This document shows positions 1 to 10,273 of a stretch of DNA of 64,000 bases, piece after piece. Made by a program: the position numbers and the translations under genes. Within the stretch, counting starts at the first letter, position 1, and every line of letters starts with the position of its first letter. The notes under the pieces are model-generated. The model did not search any database, was not told the DNA's origin, and saw only the letters and a list, made by a program, of their open reading frames with translations. Origin of the DNA: Gammaproteobacteria bacterium (GTDB taxonomy: Bacteria; Pseudomonadota; Gammaproteobacteria; Poriferisulfidales; GCA-002705445); the NCBI GenBank assembly GCA_018675635.1, contig JABGXU010000008.1, positions 195,588 through 259,587 of the forward strand, written 5' to 3'.

Positions 1-314
1 ATGTAAAAAAAAGAACAAATTTATTAAAAAAAATTTTTTCGCAGATTAATAAAAACGGGATTATTATTGTTACAGAAAAAATATCTCTAGAAAAAGCTTC
101 AGATGACATGTTTTTTAAAAATTTTCATGATTTTTTTAAAGAAAATAATGGATATACAAAGGAAGAAATTGATAGAAAAAAAATAGCGCTTGCTGATACT
201 ATGGAAATAGAAAGTGAGGTAATGCACGAAAAGAGATTTAATTTGATTGGCTGTAATAATTTTTATAAATGGTTTCAATGTTATAATTTTGTATCATGGG
301 TGTTAATCAAATAA
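1..314 (+). CDS. cmoA: tRNA U34 carboxymethyltransferase precursor enzyme CmoA (carboxy-SAM synthase), C-terminal fragment; the gene begins upstream of the window
   Basis: The frame is open from position 3. Its C-terminus ...KWFQCYNFVSWVLIK matches the E. coli CmoA end ...LWFQCFNFGSLVALK. The cmoB gene follows immediately. Confidence 0.8.
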   Translation, partial: VKKRTNLLKKIFSQINKNGIIIVTEKISLEKASDDMFFKNFHDFFKENNGYTKEEIDRKKIALADTMEIESEVMHEKRFNLIGCNNFYKWFQCYNFVSWVLIK

Positions 315-1285
315 ATATACTATCTTTTATAAAGAATAAAAAAATTTATTCAGATAATACTTTAGAAAAATATAATTATTTATTTGATATTTTTATTTCT
401 TCAGAAGCATTTAATAACCATGGTAATTTACCTAAATGGCTTGATATATTAGATTCTCTCCCTGATTTAAATACAGATTTTTTAGATGTTACTTCTGATT
501 CAATAGAAATTGGAAGGACTGATGAAATTAGTAATTCACAAAGAACGATTTTAAAAAAGAAGCTTTTAAAATTAAACCCGTGGCGAAAAGGACCATTTCA
601 TTTATTTGGGTTACATATTGATTCTGAATGGCGTTCAGAAAAAAAATGGAATCGAATCAAAAATTATTTGCCTAATTTAATGGGAAAGAGTATCGGTGAT
701 TTAGGTTGTAGTAATGGATATTACTCCTATAGATTATTAAATTTTAATCCCAAAATAATTATTGGGTTAGATAAAACACCTTTATTTATTATGCAATTTC
801 TAGCAACTAAACTTTATGCTAGGAATTTGCAAAATATAATAATTTTACCTACTACTGCTGAAGATTTTGTATATAAAAAATTTAATTTTGATTTATTATT
901 ATCAATGGGTATTTTATATCATTCAAAAAATTCTGCTACCCATATTGAAGCATTGAATAGCTTGTTAAAAAAAAATGGTACTTTATTTCTAGAAACAATT
1001 ATATCTTTAACAAAAGATAATTTAAATATTACAAAAGGCCAAACATACGCAGGAATGAAAAATATAGGAACAATTTATACTATAGATAATTTAAGAAAAT
1101 TAATGATTGAAAATGGTTTTAAAAATATTGAATGTATTGATGAAAGTTTTACAAATTCTAGCGAACAAAGGTCTACAGAGTGGATGACAGGCAAAAGTTT
1201 TAAAGATTTTATATTGCCAAATGGAAAGACAATAGAAGGTTTTTTGCCAGTGTGTCGTGCTATATTTATAGCTCAAAAAAAATGA
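296..1285 (+). CDS. cmoB: tRNA U34 carboxymethyltransferase CmoB
   Basis: The PWRKGPF...HIDSEWRSEKKWNRI and GCSNGYY motifs are typical of CmoB. It overlaps the cmoA end as in the enterobacterial cmoAB operon. Confidence 0.85.
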   Translation: MGVNQINILSFIKNKKIYSDNTLEKYNYLFDIFISSEAFNNHGNLPKWLDILDSLPDLNTDFLDVTSDSIEIGRTDEISNSQRTILKKKLLKLNPWRKGPFHLFGLHIDSEWRSEKKWNRIKNYLPNLMGKSIGDLGCSNGYYSYRLLNFNPKIIIGLDKTPLFIMQFLATKLYARNLQNIIILPTTAEDFVYKKFNFDLLLSMGILYHSKNSATHIEALNSLLKKNGTLFLETIISLTKDNLNITKGQTYAGMKNIGTIYTIDNLRKLMIENGFKNIECIDESFTNSSEQRSTEWMTGKSFKDFILPNGKTIEGFLPVCRAIFIAQKK

Positions 1286-1325
1286 TTATGTTAGAATTTC
1301 ATAATTATTAAATACAGGATTAAAC

Positions 1326-2492
1326 ATGAATGGAAAAGTTTTTACTTCTGAGTCAGTTTCGGAGGGACACCCAGATAAGTTATGCGATCAGGTTTCTGAT
1401 GCAATATTGGATGCAGCTCTAAAAGAAGATAAGAAAGCAAGAGTTGCTTGTGAAACACTAGTTAAATCAGAGAAAGATTCTCTTGGTGTGGTTGTTCTTG
1501 GTGGTGAAATTACAACTTCCGCAAATATTAATTACGAAGAAATTGTAAGAAAAACAATAGATGAAATTGGTTATAATTCGAAAGAATTAGGTTTTGATTC
1601 TAAAACGGTTGAATTTATAAATAAAATTGGCTTGCAATCAACAGATATAGCGCAAGGTGTTGATAGAAACAATGATGAAGATCAAGGCGCAGGTGATCAA
1701 GGTTTAATGTTTGGATATGCTAACAATGAAACAGATGTTCTTATGCCTGCACCTATAACTTATTCACATAGATTAGTTCATAAACTAGCTACATTGAGAA
1801 AGAATAAAGATGTTAATTGGTTAAGACCAGACGCTAAAAGCCAAGTAACTTTTAAGTATGATTCTAATAAAATACATTCTATTGATACGATAGTTATTTC
1901 AACACAACATTCCCCAGAAGTTAATCAAAAAGATATTAAAGATTATGTATATGAGCAAGTTATAAAAAAAGTATTACCTTCAAAATATCTTAATAAAGAA
2001 ACAATAATTCATGTAAACCCAACAGGATCATTTGAAATTGGTGGGCCAGTAGGAGATTGTGGTCTTACTGGTAGGAAAATAATAGTTGATACATACGGGG
2101 GGATGGCTCGACATGGTGGCGGAGCTTTTTCAGGCAAAGATCCTTCAAAAGTTGATAGATCGGCAGCTTATGCTGCTAGATATGTAGCTAAGAATATTGT
2201 TGCGGCAGGATTAGCGGAAAAATGTGAAATCCAAGTGTCTTATGCGATTGGGGTTGCAAAACCTACTTCGATAAGTGTAGATACATTTGGTACTTCAAAA
2301 GTTGATGAATCTAAAATTGTACAAATTATTAATGAGGTTTTTGACTTGCGTCCATGGGGTATAATTAATATGCTAGATTTATTAAAACCTATCTATAGAG
2401 ATACTGCTTCATATGGGCATTTTGGTAGAAGTGATCTCGAACTTTCTTGGGAAAAGATTGATCAAGTAGAAAGAATAAAAAGTTTAATTTAA
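1326..2492 (+). CDS. metK: S-adenosylmethionine synthetase
   Basis: Full-length MetK with GHPDK, the [27 protein letters not shown] signature and a [10 protein letters not shown] loop. Confidence 0.95.
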   Translation: MNGKVFTSESVSEGHPDKLCDQVSDAILDAALKEDKKARVACETLVKSEKDSLGVVVLGGEITTSANINYEEIVRKTIDEIGYNSKELGFDSKTVEFINKIGLQSTDIAQGVDRNNDEDQGAGDQGLMFGYANNETDVLMPAPITYSHRLVHKLATLRKNKDVNWLRPDAKSQVTFKYDSNKIHSIDTIVISTQHSPEVNQKDIKDYVYEQVIKKVLPSKYLNKETIIHVNPTGSFEIGGPVGDCGLTGRKIIVDTYGGMARHGGGAFSGKDPSKVDRSAAYAARYVAKNIVAAGLAEKCEIQVSYAIGVAKPTSISVDTFGTSKVDESKIVQIINEVFDLRPWGIINMLDLLKPIYRDTASYGHFGRSDLELSWEKIDQVERIKSLI

Positions 2493-2503
2493 TGGAGTAG
2501 AAA

Positions 2504-3814
2504 ATGAGCGAAGTAGTAGAAAAAATAGGACCAGATTATAAAGTAGCAGATATCTCTTTAGCTGATTGGGGTCATAAAGAAATGAGTATAGCTGAAACTG
2601 AAATGCCTGGTTTAATGGCTCTTAGAGAAAAACATGGTAAGGCTAAACCATTAAGTGGAGCAAAAATAGTAGGTTGTCTTCATATGACAATACAAACCGC
2701 AGTTCTTATAGAAACTTTAGTGGAACTTGGAGCAAGTGTTAGATGGTCATCATGCAATATATATTCAACACAAGATCATGCCGCCGCCGCAATTGCAGAA
2801 AAAGGAATACCTGTATTTGCATGGAAAGGAGAGACTGAGGAGGAGTATTTGTGGTGTATAGACCAAACAATTATAGGCAATCAATCATGGAAGCCTAATA
2901 TGATTTTAGATGACGGTGGTGATTTAACTTCAATAATGCATGAGAAATATCCTGAATTATTGTCCGAAGTTAAAGGCTTATCTGAAGAAACAACAACGGG
3001 TGTTCATCGCCTACATGAAATGGTAAAAAAAGATGCACTTAAAGTGCCGGCATTTAATGTAAATGACTCTGTTACAAAATCAAAATTTGATAATTTATAC
3101 GGATGCAGAGAATCTTTAGTTGACGGCATAAAAAGAGCTACTGATGTAATGATATCCGGGAAAACTGCATTAGTTTGTGGTTTTGGTGATGTTGGCAAAG
3201 GATCTGCTCAATCATTAAGAAATGCTGGAGCAATTGTATGGGTTACAGAAATTGATCCAATTTGTGCTCTTCAAGCTGCTATGGAAGGTTTTAAGGTTGT
3301 TACTATAGAATCTGTTGCATCAGAAGTTGACATTTTTGTAACAGCAACAGGAAATGCGTCTATTATTTCGTATACTCATATGAATAAAATGAAAGACCAG
3401 GCTATAGTTTGTAATATTGGCCATTTTGATAATGAAATAGATGTTGAATCAATAAAAGATTGTAAGTGGGATAATATAAAACCACAAGTTGATCATATTG
3501 AGTTTCCAGATGGCAAAAAGATTATATTGTTGGCAGAAGGAAGATTAATAAATTTAGGATGTGCAACTGGGCATCCAAGTTACGTTATGTCTGCTTCATT
3601 CACAAATCAAGTTTTAGCTCAAATAGAATTATGGGAAAACGCAAAAAAATATAAAAATGAAGTATATGTTTTACCTAAACTATTAGATGAAGAAGTTGCT
3701 AGATTACATCTTGATAAAGTTGGGGCAAAATTAACTAAACTTACAAAAGATCAAGCAGAATATATAAGTGTAGACCAAGATGGCCCTTATAAGAATGATA
3801 CATATAGATATTAA
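2504..3814 (+). CDS. ahcY: adenosylhomocysteinase
   Basis: Carries the [14 protein letters not shown]-terminus and an NAD-binding GxGxxG ([10 protein letters not shown]). Its 436 aa length fits SAHH, and it forms a metK-ahcY pair. Confidence 0.95.
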   Translation: MSEVVEKIGPDYKVADISLADWGHKEMSIAETEMPGLMALREKHGKAKPLSGAKIVGCLHMTIQTAVLIETLVELGASVRWSSCNIYSTQDHAAAAIAEKGIPVFAWKGETEEEYLWCIDQTIIGNQSWKPNMILDDGGDLTSIMHEKYPELLSEVKGLSEETTTGVHRLHEMVKKDALKVPAFNVNDSVTKSKFDNLYGCRESLVDGIKRATDVMISGKTALVCGFGDVGKGSAQSLRNAGAIVWVTEIDPICALQAAMEGFKVVTIESVASEVDIFVTATGNASIISYTHMNKMKDQAIVCNIGHFDNEIDVESIKDCKWDNIKPQVDHIEFPDGKKIILLAEGRLINLGCATGHPSYVMSASFTNQVLAQIELWENAKKYKNEVYVLPKLLDEEVARLHLDKVGAKLTKLTKDQAEYISVDQDGPYKNDTYRY

Positions 3815-3821
3815 TTAAGTA

Positions 3822-4559
3822 GTGCGTTTAATAAGATTATATGTTGAAGAATCATTAAATGTTAATACTTCAGTTTTTTTAAAAAAAAATTCTTACCATT
3901 ATTTAGTTAAAGTACTTAGGATAAAAGAAAACCAAAAGATTGTTTTATTTGATAATTCTGGATATGAATATTTTGGTTATGTAAAAAATATTAACAATAA
4001 ATATTTTGAAATTTTTATAGAGAAAAAAAATTACATAGAGAGAAATTTTTCAAAGGTAGAAATCGCTTTTAGTATTTGTAAAAACCCGTGCTCTGATCTT
4101 ATTATACAGAAACTTACAGAGCTTGGAATTGATTCAATACAGCCAATAATTTCAAAAAATTCAATCTTTAATCAAAAAAAATTAGATGTAGAAAAAAAAA
4201 ATTCTCATTGGAAAAATATATCTATTAGTGCTTCTGAGCAATCTGAAAGATCATATTTACCTATTATAAAAAAAATAATTTCTTTCCAGGATTATTTAGA
4301 AAATAATTCGTCTGATCAAAAAATCATTTTAGATACTAGAGTAAACGCAATGTTATCAGAAGTATTTAATAGAAAATTTAAATCATGTTCTTTGTTGGTT
4401 GGGCCAGAAGGTGATTTCACTTCTGAAGAATATGAATATGCTAAAGAACTGAATTTTTCATCAGCAAGTTTAGGTGGTAATATCTTGAGAGTTGAAACAG
4501 CAGTTATTGCGGCCTTTTCATATATTAATATACTTACTAATAGTGATAAATATGAATAA
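3822..4559 (+). CDS. rsmE: 16S rRNA (uracil1498-N3)-methyltransferase RsmE, GTG start
   Basis: The N-terminus MRLIRLYV matches E. coli MRIPRIY. A GPEGDFTSEE motif is present near the C-terminus, and the gene sits upstream of gshB as in E. coli. Confidence 0.85.
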   Translation: MRLIRLYVEESLNVNTSVFLKKNSYHYLVKVLRIKENQKIVLFDNSGYEYFGYVKNINNKYFEIFIEKKNYIERNFSKVEIAFSICKNPCSDLIIQKLTELGIDSIQPIISKNSIFNQKKLDVEKKNSHWKNISISASEQSERSYLPIIKKIISFQDYLENNSSDQKIILDTRVNAMLSEVFNRKFKSCSLLVGPEGDFTSEEYEYAKELNFSSASLGGNILRVETAVIAAFSYINILTNSDKYE

Positions 4560-5487
4560 AAAAGTACTTGTTATAATGGATCCAATTGAATCTATAAATG
4601 TACAGAGAGATACAACTTATTTATTAATGCTAGCAGCGCAAGAGATAGGTTATGAATTATTTTATTTAATGCCAGGTTCTTTATCTGTAAATTTTCTAAA
4701 ACCTGTTGGTAGAATTGCAAAAATTAAAATATTTCATAATAAAGAACCTTTTTATGATATTTCTGAAATAAAAGATACAGAGTTAGGTTTTTTTGATTGT
4801 GTGTTGATGAGAACTGATCCACCTATAAATAGCACCTATATTTACATGACATATATTTTAGACATGTTAGATGAAAAAAATATTAAAGTGATAAATTCTG
4901 GCTCTTCATTAAGAAATTATAATGAGAAACTTATTACGCTTAATTTCCCTAAATATATACCAGATACAATATTAACTTCTGACAAGAGGCAAATTGAAAA
5001 TTTTAAAATAAAACATCAAAGAATTATTTTAAAACAATTAAATCTTATGGGTGGTAGATCAATATATTTTTTAGATAAAGATGATAAAAATTTAAATGTA
5101 ATATTTGAGGACATGACTGATTTTGGCAAAAATTATATTTTAGCTCAAGAATATATATCAGAAGCTAAAACTGGAGATAAAAGAATAATTATTGTAAATG
5201 GCGAAGTTATTAAAGAAGCCGTAATTCGTGTACCAAATGATAAAGATCATCGTGCTAGCGCAGCTGCTGGAGGATCTATAGAAAAGTATTATTTAAAAAA
5301 AGAAGAAATTGAAATATGCCAAGATGTTGCAGATTTTTTATATGAAAAAAATATTCTTTTTGCAGGAATCGATATGATAGGAAATAAAATTACTGAAATT
5401 AATATAACCTCTCCGACTTGTGTAGCAGAAATTAATCAATTTCATAATATTGATCTTGGTAAAAAGTTTTGGGAATGTATTAAATGA
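4552..5487 (+). CDS. gshB: glutathione synthetase
   Basis: The GshB N-terminus MNKKVLVIMDPIESINVQRDTTYLLMLAAQEIGYEL and an ATP-grasp C-terminus are present. I placed the start at ATG 4552, which overlaps the rsmE stop by 8 nt, rather than the upstream in-frame ATG at 4492. Confidence 0.9.
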   Translation: MNKKVLVIMDPIESINVQRDTTYLLMLAAQEIGYELFYLMPGSLSVNFLKPVGRIAKIKIFHNKEPFYDISEIKDTELGFFDCVLMRTDPPINSTYIYMTYILDMLDEKNIKVINSGSSLRNYNEKLITLNFPKYIPDTILTSDKRQIENFKIKHQRIILKQLNLMGGRSIYFLDKDDKNLNVIFEDMTDFGKNYILAQEYISEAKTGDKRIIIVNGEVIKEAVIRVPNDKDHRASAAAGGSIEKYYLKKEEIEICQDVADFLYEKNILFAGIDMIGNKITEINITSPTCVAEINQFHNIDLGKKFWECIK

Positions 5488-5942
5488 AAATAATTAAGGT
5501 TCTTGCAATTGACTATGGCGAAAAGAGAGTCGGGCTTGCTATAGGTGATTCAGAAAATAAGATTGCTATGCCATTAAAAACTATAAAAAATAATGGATAT
5601 GAAAATACTTGTAAAGAAATAGTTGATTTAGTAAAAGAGTGGGAAGTGAACAGAATTGTAATAGGACTGCCTGAAATTCACCCTGATCAAAAAATTAATA
5701 AGAAAATATCCCATTTTAGTAAAATTCTTAAAAAGAATGCGAATGTTAATATTATTTTTTATAATGAGGATTATTCTTCTAATTATGCTCAAACGGAGTT
5801 AACCAGCCAAATGAAAGTGGGTAGAAAAAAAAGTATTAATAAGGAAGAAATAGATAGAATTGCAGCCGCAATAATATTACAATCTTATTTTGAAAATGAA
5901 ATATTCAAAAACGCAGACACAAGATCTACTTCTAAAGATTGA
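5484..5942 (+). CDS. ruvX: Holliday junction resolvase-like RuvX/YqgF (pre-16S rRNA nuclease)
   Basis: The N-terminus IDYGEKRVGLAIGD is the YqgF signature, and the start shows an ATGA overlap with the gshB stop. Confidence 0.9.
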   Translation: MKIIKVLAIDYGEKRVGLAIGDSENKIAMPLKTIKNNGYENTCKEIVDLVKEWEVNRIVIGLPEIHPDQKINKKISHFSKILKKNANVNIIFYNEDYSSNYAQTELTSQMKVGRKKSINKEEIDRIAAAIILQSYFENEIFKNADTRSTSKD

Positions 5943-6405
5943 GAATTCTCTAAGGGATTATCTTTTAAATAACAATATCAAAAATCCAATTATAATAGGT
6001 GTGCATACTGGCGGCGCATGGATTGCTGATTGGTTGCAAAAATCTCTTGGTTTTGAAGGAAAAGCTGCTTCTTTAAATATAAGTTTTTATAGAGATGATT
6101 TTAGTAAAGTTGGAGTAAATCCAAGGGTTGATCCTACAGCAATGCCTGTTTCAGTAGATGATAAGCATGTTATTTTAGTTGATGATGTTCTATTTACTGG
6201 CAGAACAACAAGAGCAGCTATAAACGAAATATTTGATTTTGGAAGGCCGCTTTCAGTTACTTTAGTTGTGCTTGTAGAAAGGAATGGAAAAGAATTACCA
6301 ATTTCAGCAGATATTGTCGGTGAGAAATTAGAATTAGATAATAATAAAAATATTAAATTATTAGGTCCTGATCCAATGATTTTAGAAATTATTGATAAGG
6401 GATAA
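5890..6405 (+). CDS. pyrR: bifunctional pyrimidine operon regulator/uracil phosphoribosyltransferase PyrR
   Basis: A PRPP-binding motif VILVDDVLFTGRTTRAA is present. The start is TTG 5890 or ATG 5896, overlapping the ruvX 3' end by about 50 nt. The ruvX-pyrR-pyrB-pyrC' order matches Pseudomonas. Confidence 0.85.
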   Translation: MKMKYSKTQTQDLLLKIENSLRDYLLNNNIKNPIIIGVHTGGAWIADWLQKSLGFEGKAASLNISFYRDDFSKVGVNPRVDPTAMPVSVDDKHVILVDDVLFTGRTTRAAINEIFDFGRPLSVTLVVLVERNGKELPISADIVGEKLELDNNKNIKLLGPDPMILEIIDKG

Positions 6406-6422
6406 TATAAGAGGTAAATATT

Positions 6423-7409
6423 GTGAATGAAAAAGATGATATGGGCATAAAAAATAAAGAATTAAACCAACAAAATATCGTATCTCAGCAGCATCTCCGT
6501 CATTTTTTAGATATTGAGTATTTACCAAAATCATTGATTTTAGATATATTAGATTTAGCAGAATCATTTGCTGGAGTTTCTGGCCAACCAGTAAAAAAAG
6601 TTCCTCTATTGAGAGGAAAAACAATAGTTAACTTATTTTTTGAATCAAGCACAAGAACAAGAACAACTTTTGAATTAGCAGCAAAAAGACTTTCGGCAGA
6701 TATTTTAAATATAAATTTAGATTATAGTGCAACAAAAAAAGGTGAAACTTTATTAGATACCTTAAGAAATCTTCAAGCTATGCATTGTGATATGTTTATA
6801 GTTAGACACCCATCATCAGGGGCGGCAGAATTTATTTCAAAAAATGTATTACAAAATATTAGCGTTATAAATGCTGGAGATGGTAGACATGCTCATCCAA
6901 CGCAAGCAATGCTTGATATTTTTACAATCAGAAAGTATTTTTCAGATTTTACAAAAATTAAAGTTGCTATTGTAGGAGATATATTACACTCAAGAGTTGC
7001 TAGATCTTTAATGCATGCTTTAAGGATTCTTGAAGTGCCCGATGTAAGAGTTATTGCTCCCAAGACTTTATTACCAATTGGAATTGAAGATATGGGTGCA
7101 ACTTCTTATGTAAATATGGATGAAGGAATAAAAAATTGTAATGTAGTAATAATGCTGAGACTGCAAAATGAGAGGATGAATTCAAGCTTTATACCTAATG
7201 AGCACGAATATTATAATCTTTATGGGTTTACCCCAAGAAGATTAGATCTTTTGGCTAAAAATGGAATTGTAATGCATCCAGGACCTGTAAATAGGGGGGT
7301 AGAGATAAGTTCAGAAGTTGCAGATGGAGATAGATCTGTGATTCTACAACAGGTGTCAAATGGTATTGCAGTAAGAATGGCAATTTTATCTTTATCAATG
7401 CAGCCATAG
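6423..7409 (+). CDS. pyrB: aspartate carbamoyltransferase catalytic subunit
   Basis: The STRTRTTFE carbamoyl-phosphate binding motif and an HPTQAMLD segment are present. The start is GTG 6423, with AAGAGG 9 nt upstream. Confidence 0.95.
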   Translation: MNEKDDMGIKNKELNQQNIVSQQHLRHFLDIEYLPKSLILDILDLAESFAGVSGQPVKKVPLLRGKTIVNLFFESSTRTRTTFELAAKRLSADILNINLDYSATKKGETLLDTLRNLQAMHCDMFIVRHPSSGAAEFISKNVLQNISVINAGDGRHAHPTQAMLDIFTIRKYFSDFTKIKVAIVGDILHSRVARSLMHALRILEVPDVRVIAPKTLLPIGIEDMGATSYVNMDEGIKNCNVVIMLRLQNERMNSSFIPNEHEYYNLYGFTPRRLDLLAKNGIVMHPGPVNRGVEISSEVADGDRSVILQQVSNGIAVRMAILSLSMQP

Positions 7410-7419
7410 CGGAGAAATA

Positions 7420-8697
7420 ATGAATGATATAATAATAAAATCAGGAATTCTTGTGAACCCAGGTGGAGAGATGTCTGGGGAACATGATATCTATATTAAA
7501 AATGGATATGTAGTTGGTATAGATGAAGATAATACTAAATTAAATTCTCCCATAATAATAGATGCTCAAGACTGTATCGTTTGCCCAGGTTTAATTGATC
7601 TTTCGGTTAGATTTAGAGAGCCAGGTTTAGAAAAAGAAGCTACAATAATTAGCGAATCTCATGCAGCTGTATCTTCAGGAGTTACAACAGTTTGCTATAT
7701 GCCAGATACTCAACCAGTTATAGATACACCTGCCCAAATTAAACTAGTGGAAGAAATTTTTAGTAGTGTTGGTTTATGTAATGTTAAGGTTTTAGCTGCA
7801 CTTACTAAAGGCCTTGATGGAGAAAGGCTTAGTCCTATGATGGAACTTAAAGAGGCTGGTGCTGTAGGATTAACTAACTGCCTTAACCCAATAAAGGATT
7901 CTTTAGTTTTGAGAAGAGCTATGGAATATGCGTCTGGTCAAGATATAACAGTATTTTATCAACCTCAAAACAATTATTTGGCTAACAATGGTTGTGTTCA
8001 TGAAGGTAAGATTGCAACAAAATTAGGATTGCCTGGAATTCCTTCTGCCGCTGAATCAGCTGCAGTCGCAGAAGCAATCTTATTAATGAAATTAACAGGA
8101 GTTAAGTTACATTTATGTAGAATATCTTGCCTTGAGTCTTTAATGATTATAAGGAATGCTCAAGCAGAAGGAATTCGTGTAACTGCAGATGTTGCGATAC
8201 ATCAATTATTTTTCGATGAAAATTCGATTAATAATTTTAATAGTGATTTTCATGTTATGCCGCCATTTAGAGCTAATGAAGATATGGTTGCTTTACAAAA
8301 ATCAATATCAGAAAATACGTTGACAGCAATTTGTTCTGATCATCAGCCCCATAATAAAGATGCCAAGCAGGCTCCGTTTTATAATACGCAGCCCGGAATT
8401 TCATCTATAGAATTATTACTTCCATTATTAATGGAACTAGTAAATTTAAATTTTCTAGATTTAAATACAGCAATTTCAAAAGTGACAATAAATCCTGCTA
8501 AAATTTTAGGTATAGAAGCTGGAATTATTCAAAAAGACTCTCAAGCTGATTTATGTATATTAAAAAAAGAAGAATGGCAATTAGAAGGAGATAAAATAAT
8601 AAGTTCTGGAAAAAATAACCCATATATTGGGAAAAAATTTAATATGGTTGTAGCTAAAACAATTTTTAAGGGGCAGATTGTTTATGAAAATAATTAA
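7420..8697 (+). CDS. pyrC: dihydroorotase-like protein, predicted non-catalytic (PyrC-prime type)
   Basis: Belongs to the amidohydrolase/DHOase family. The canonical metal-binding D-x-H-x-H is replaced here by DLSVRF, so both His residues are lost. It lies immediately after pyrB, as the inactive structural PyrC' does in Pseudomonas. Confidence 0.75.
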   Translation: MNDIIIKSGILVNPGGEMSGEHDIYIKNGYVVGIDEDNTKLNSPIIIDAQDCIVCPGLIDLSVRFREPGLEKEATIISESHAAVSSGVTTVCYMPDTQPVIDTPAQIKLVEEIFSSVGLCNVKVLAALTKGLDGERLSPMMELKEAGAVGLTNCLNPIKDSLVLRRAMEYASGQDITVFYQPQNNYLANNGCVHEGKIATKLGLPGIPSAAESAAVAEAILLMKLTGVKLHLCRISCLESLMIIRNAQAEGIRVTADVAIHQLFFDENSINNFNSDFHVMPPFRANEDMVALQKSISENTLTAICSDHQPHNKDAKQAPFYNTQPGISSIELLLPLLMELVNLNFLDLNTAISKVTINPAKILGIEAGIIQKDSQADLCILKKEEWQLEGDKIISSGKNNPYIGKKFNMVVAKTIFKGQIVYENN

Positions 8698-8727
8698 ACT
8701 TAACCAATTTTAATTAGGGAAGTAATT

Positions 8728-9594
8728 TTGAAAGATTCATCAATATATATAGAAAATGCTAAAGTTTTAAATCATCAGCATATGGAAGGTGGTCAGCATA
8801 TAATTAGGTTAGAAAGTGAAAAATGCTCACAGTATGCAAAACCCGGAATGTTTATTCATTTAAAATGTGATGAGAATACTTTAATGCGAAGACCTTTTTC
8901 AGTTATGAGAGCATCAAAAGAAGAAAAATGGATTGAAATTTTGTATAAAACTTTTGGGCATGGCACTAATTCACTTAAATTAGTTGAAGTTGGTGACACA
9001 TTGAATTATATGGGACCTATTGGCAATGGGTTTTCATTAAGTAAAAAAAAAACTATTCCACTTTTAATTGGTGGTGGTGTAGGAATACCTCCGTTAATAT
9101 TTCTTGCTAGCGAAATAAAAGAATTTTGTAATTTTAAACCAATAATATTTTTTGGGTCAGAAGTAACTTTTCCTTTTAAATATTTTCCATCAAAATATAT
9201 GATAAAAGATTTTTTGCCTGAGGTAACAGCTTCTCCAGATTTTATAGAGGCAATGGGATTTGTATCAAGATTAGCTTCGCAACAAGATTACCCTGGCTGT
9301 TATAAAGGCTTTATTCATGAGCTTGCTGAACATTGGATTAAAACTTTAAATACAGATCAATTAGATAAAGTTTGTATATATTCATGTGGACCAACTCCAA
9401 TGTTAGAGGCTGTATCATTAGTAGCTCGAAAATATAAAATTGATTGTCAAATATGTATAGAAGAGCATATGGCTTGTGCAGTTGGCGGTTGTGCAGGTTG
9501 CATTGTTAAAATTAAGGATAATAATAAGATTGTTTCAAAAAGAGTTTGCGTAGATGGCCCAGTATTTAAATCAAGTACAATTTATTATGAATGA
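8728..9594 (+). CDS. PyrK-like FAD/NAD(P)-binding oxidoreductase with C-terminal [2Fe-2S] cluster motif (dihydroorotate dehydrogenase electron-transfer subunit family)
   Basis: An RRPFSV FAD-binding motif, a GGGVGIPP nucleotide-binding loop and a C-terminal MACAVGGCAGC...C cysteine cluster are present. It has a TTG start with AGGGAAG upstream. No pyrD is adjacent. Confidence 0.6.
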   Translation: MKDSSIYIENAKVLNHQHMEGGQHIIRLESEKCSQYAKPGMFIHLKCDENTLMRRPFSVMRASKEEKWIEILYKTFGHGTNSLKLVEVGDTLNYMGPIGNGFSLSKKKTIPLLIGGGVGIPPLIFLASEIKEFCNFKPIIFFGSEVTFPFKYFPSKYMIKDFLPEVTASPDFIEAMGFVSRLASQQDYPGCYKGFIHELAEHWIKTLNTDQLDKVCIYSCGPTPMLEAVSLVARKYKIDCQICIEEHMACAVGGCAGCIVKIKDNNKIVSKRVCVDGPVFKSSTIYYE

Positions 9595-10273
9595 GATTGA
9601 AAATAATATTTTAAATATTAAAAAAAATATTATTAAAGCTGAATTAAATTCAAGTAGAAAAGAAAATAGTGTTATTTTAATGGCTGTTAGTAAAACACAA
9701 TCCGTAGAAAAAATTAAGCATGCCTATAATGCTGGGCAAAAGGACTTTGGTGAAAATTATTTACAAGAAGCTGTAAAAAAAATTTTAGAATTAAAAAATT
9801 TTGATATTATTTGGCACTATATTGGTAAAATTCAGGGTAATAAAGCAAAATTAATTGCGGATAATTTTGATTGGGTTCATAGCGCTGACAAAATTTCAAC
9901 TCTTATAAAAATTGATAATTATAGAAATAAGTTAGAAAAAAATCTTAATGTTTGCATACAGGTAAATATTGATAATGAAGAATCTAAATCTGGCATTGAA
10001 ATTAAAAATATTGAAGAGTTTTTAGAATCTACACATAACCTTCAAAATATTAATATTAGGGGATTAATGGCTATACCTCAATATCAAGAAAGTTTTGAAG
10101 ATCAATTTAATACATTTAAAAGGCTTCAGGATTTATTTAATAACCTTGTAAAAAAAGGATATAAATTAGATACTCTATCAATTGGAATGAGTTCAGATTA
10201 TCATGCAGCTATAGAAGCAGGATCTACAATTATAAGAATTGGTACAGCAATATTTGGTGAAAGAATAAAATGA
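9587..10273 (+). CDS. yggS: PLP homeostasis protein YggS (PROSC family)
   Basis: Carries LMAVSKTQSVEKI...FGENYLQE, with the conserved K of the PLP-binding site. The start is ATG 9587, with ATGAATGA overlapping the upstream stop. It forms a yggS-proC-yggT block. Confidence 0.85.
   Translation: MNEIENNILNIKKNIIKAELNSSRKENSVILMAVSKTQSVEKIKHAYNAGQKDFGENYLQEAVKKILELKNFDIIWHYIGKIQGNKAKLIADNFDWVHSADKISTLIKIDNYRNKLEKNLNVCIQVNIDNEESKSGIEIKNIEEFLESTHNLQNINIRGLMAIPQYQESFEDQFNTFKRLQDLFNNLVKKGYKLDTLSIGMSSDYHAAIEAGSTIIRIGTAIFGERIK

Noticed and set aside
3004-3198. 64-aa minus-strand ORF inside ahcY, and similar short antisense ORFs: 6382-6624, 10434-10649, 10764-11042, 11075-11416, 13038-13229, 13189-13374, 15680-15868, 17299-17547, 17617-17859, 20642-21085, 22550-22869, 27122-27469, 28064-28252, 28790-28981, 33445-33642, 34408-34647, 34982-35296, 37044-37250, 37758-37967, 38446-38667, 43287-43493, 46735-47286, 47446-48014, 48315-48854, 49566-50031, 51832-52080, 52212-52487, 53344-53547, 53677-53901, 57142-57402, 58380-58562, 59570-59890
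   Set aside because: All lie antisense to, or out of frame within, strongly supported conserved genes. They have low-complexity, AT-codon-driven composition and no recognisable motifs. Long spurious ORFs are expected in 30% GC DNA.
4492-4551. Longer gshB start at 4492, giving a 60-nt overlap with rsmE
   Set aside because: The GshB alignment begins at MNKKVLVIMDP (ATG 4552). The upstream extension is hydrophobic junk in the rsmE 3' region.
9554-9586. Longer yggS start at 9554
   Set aside because: The YggS alignment begins near MNEIENNIL. ATG 9587 gives the characteristic ATGAATGA overlap with the upstream stop.
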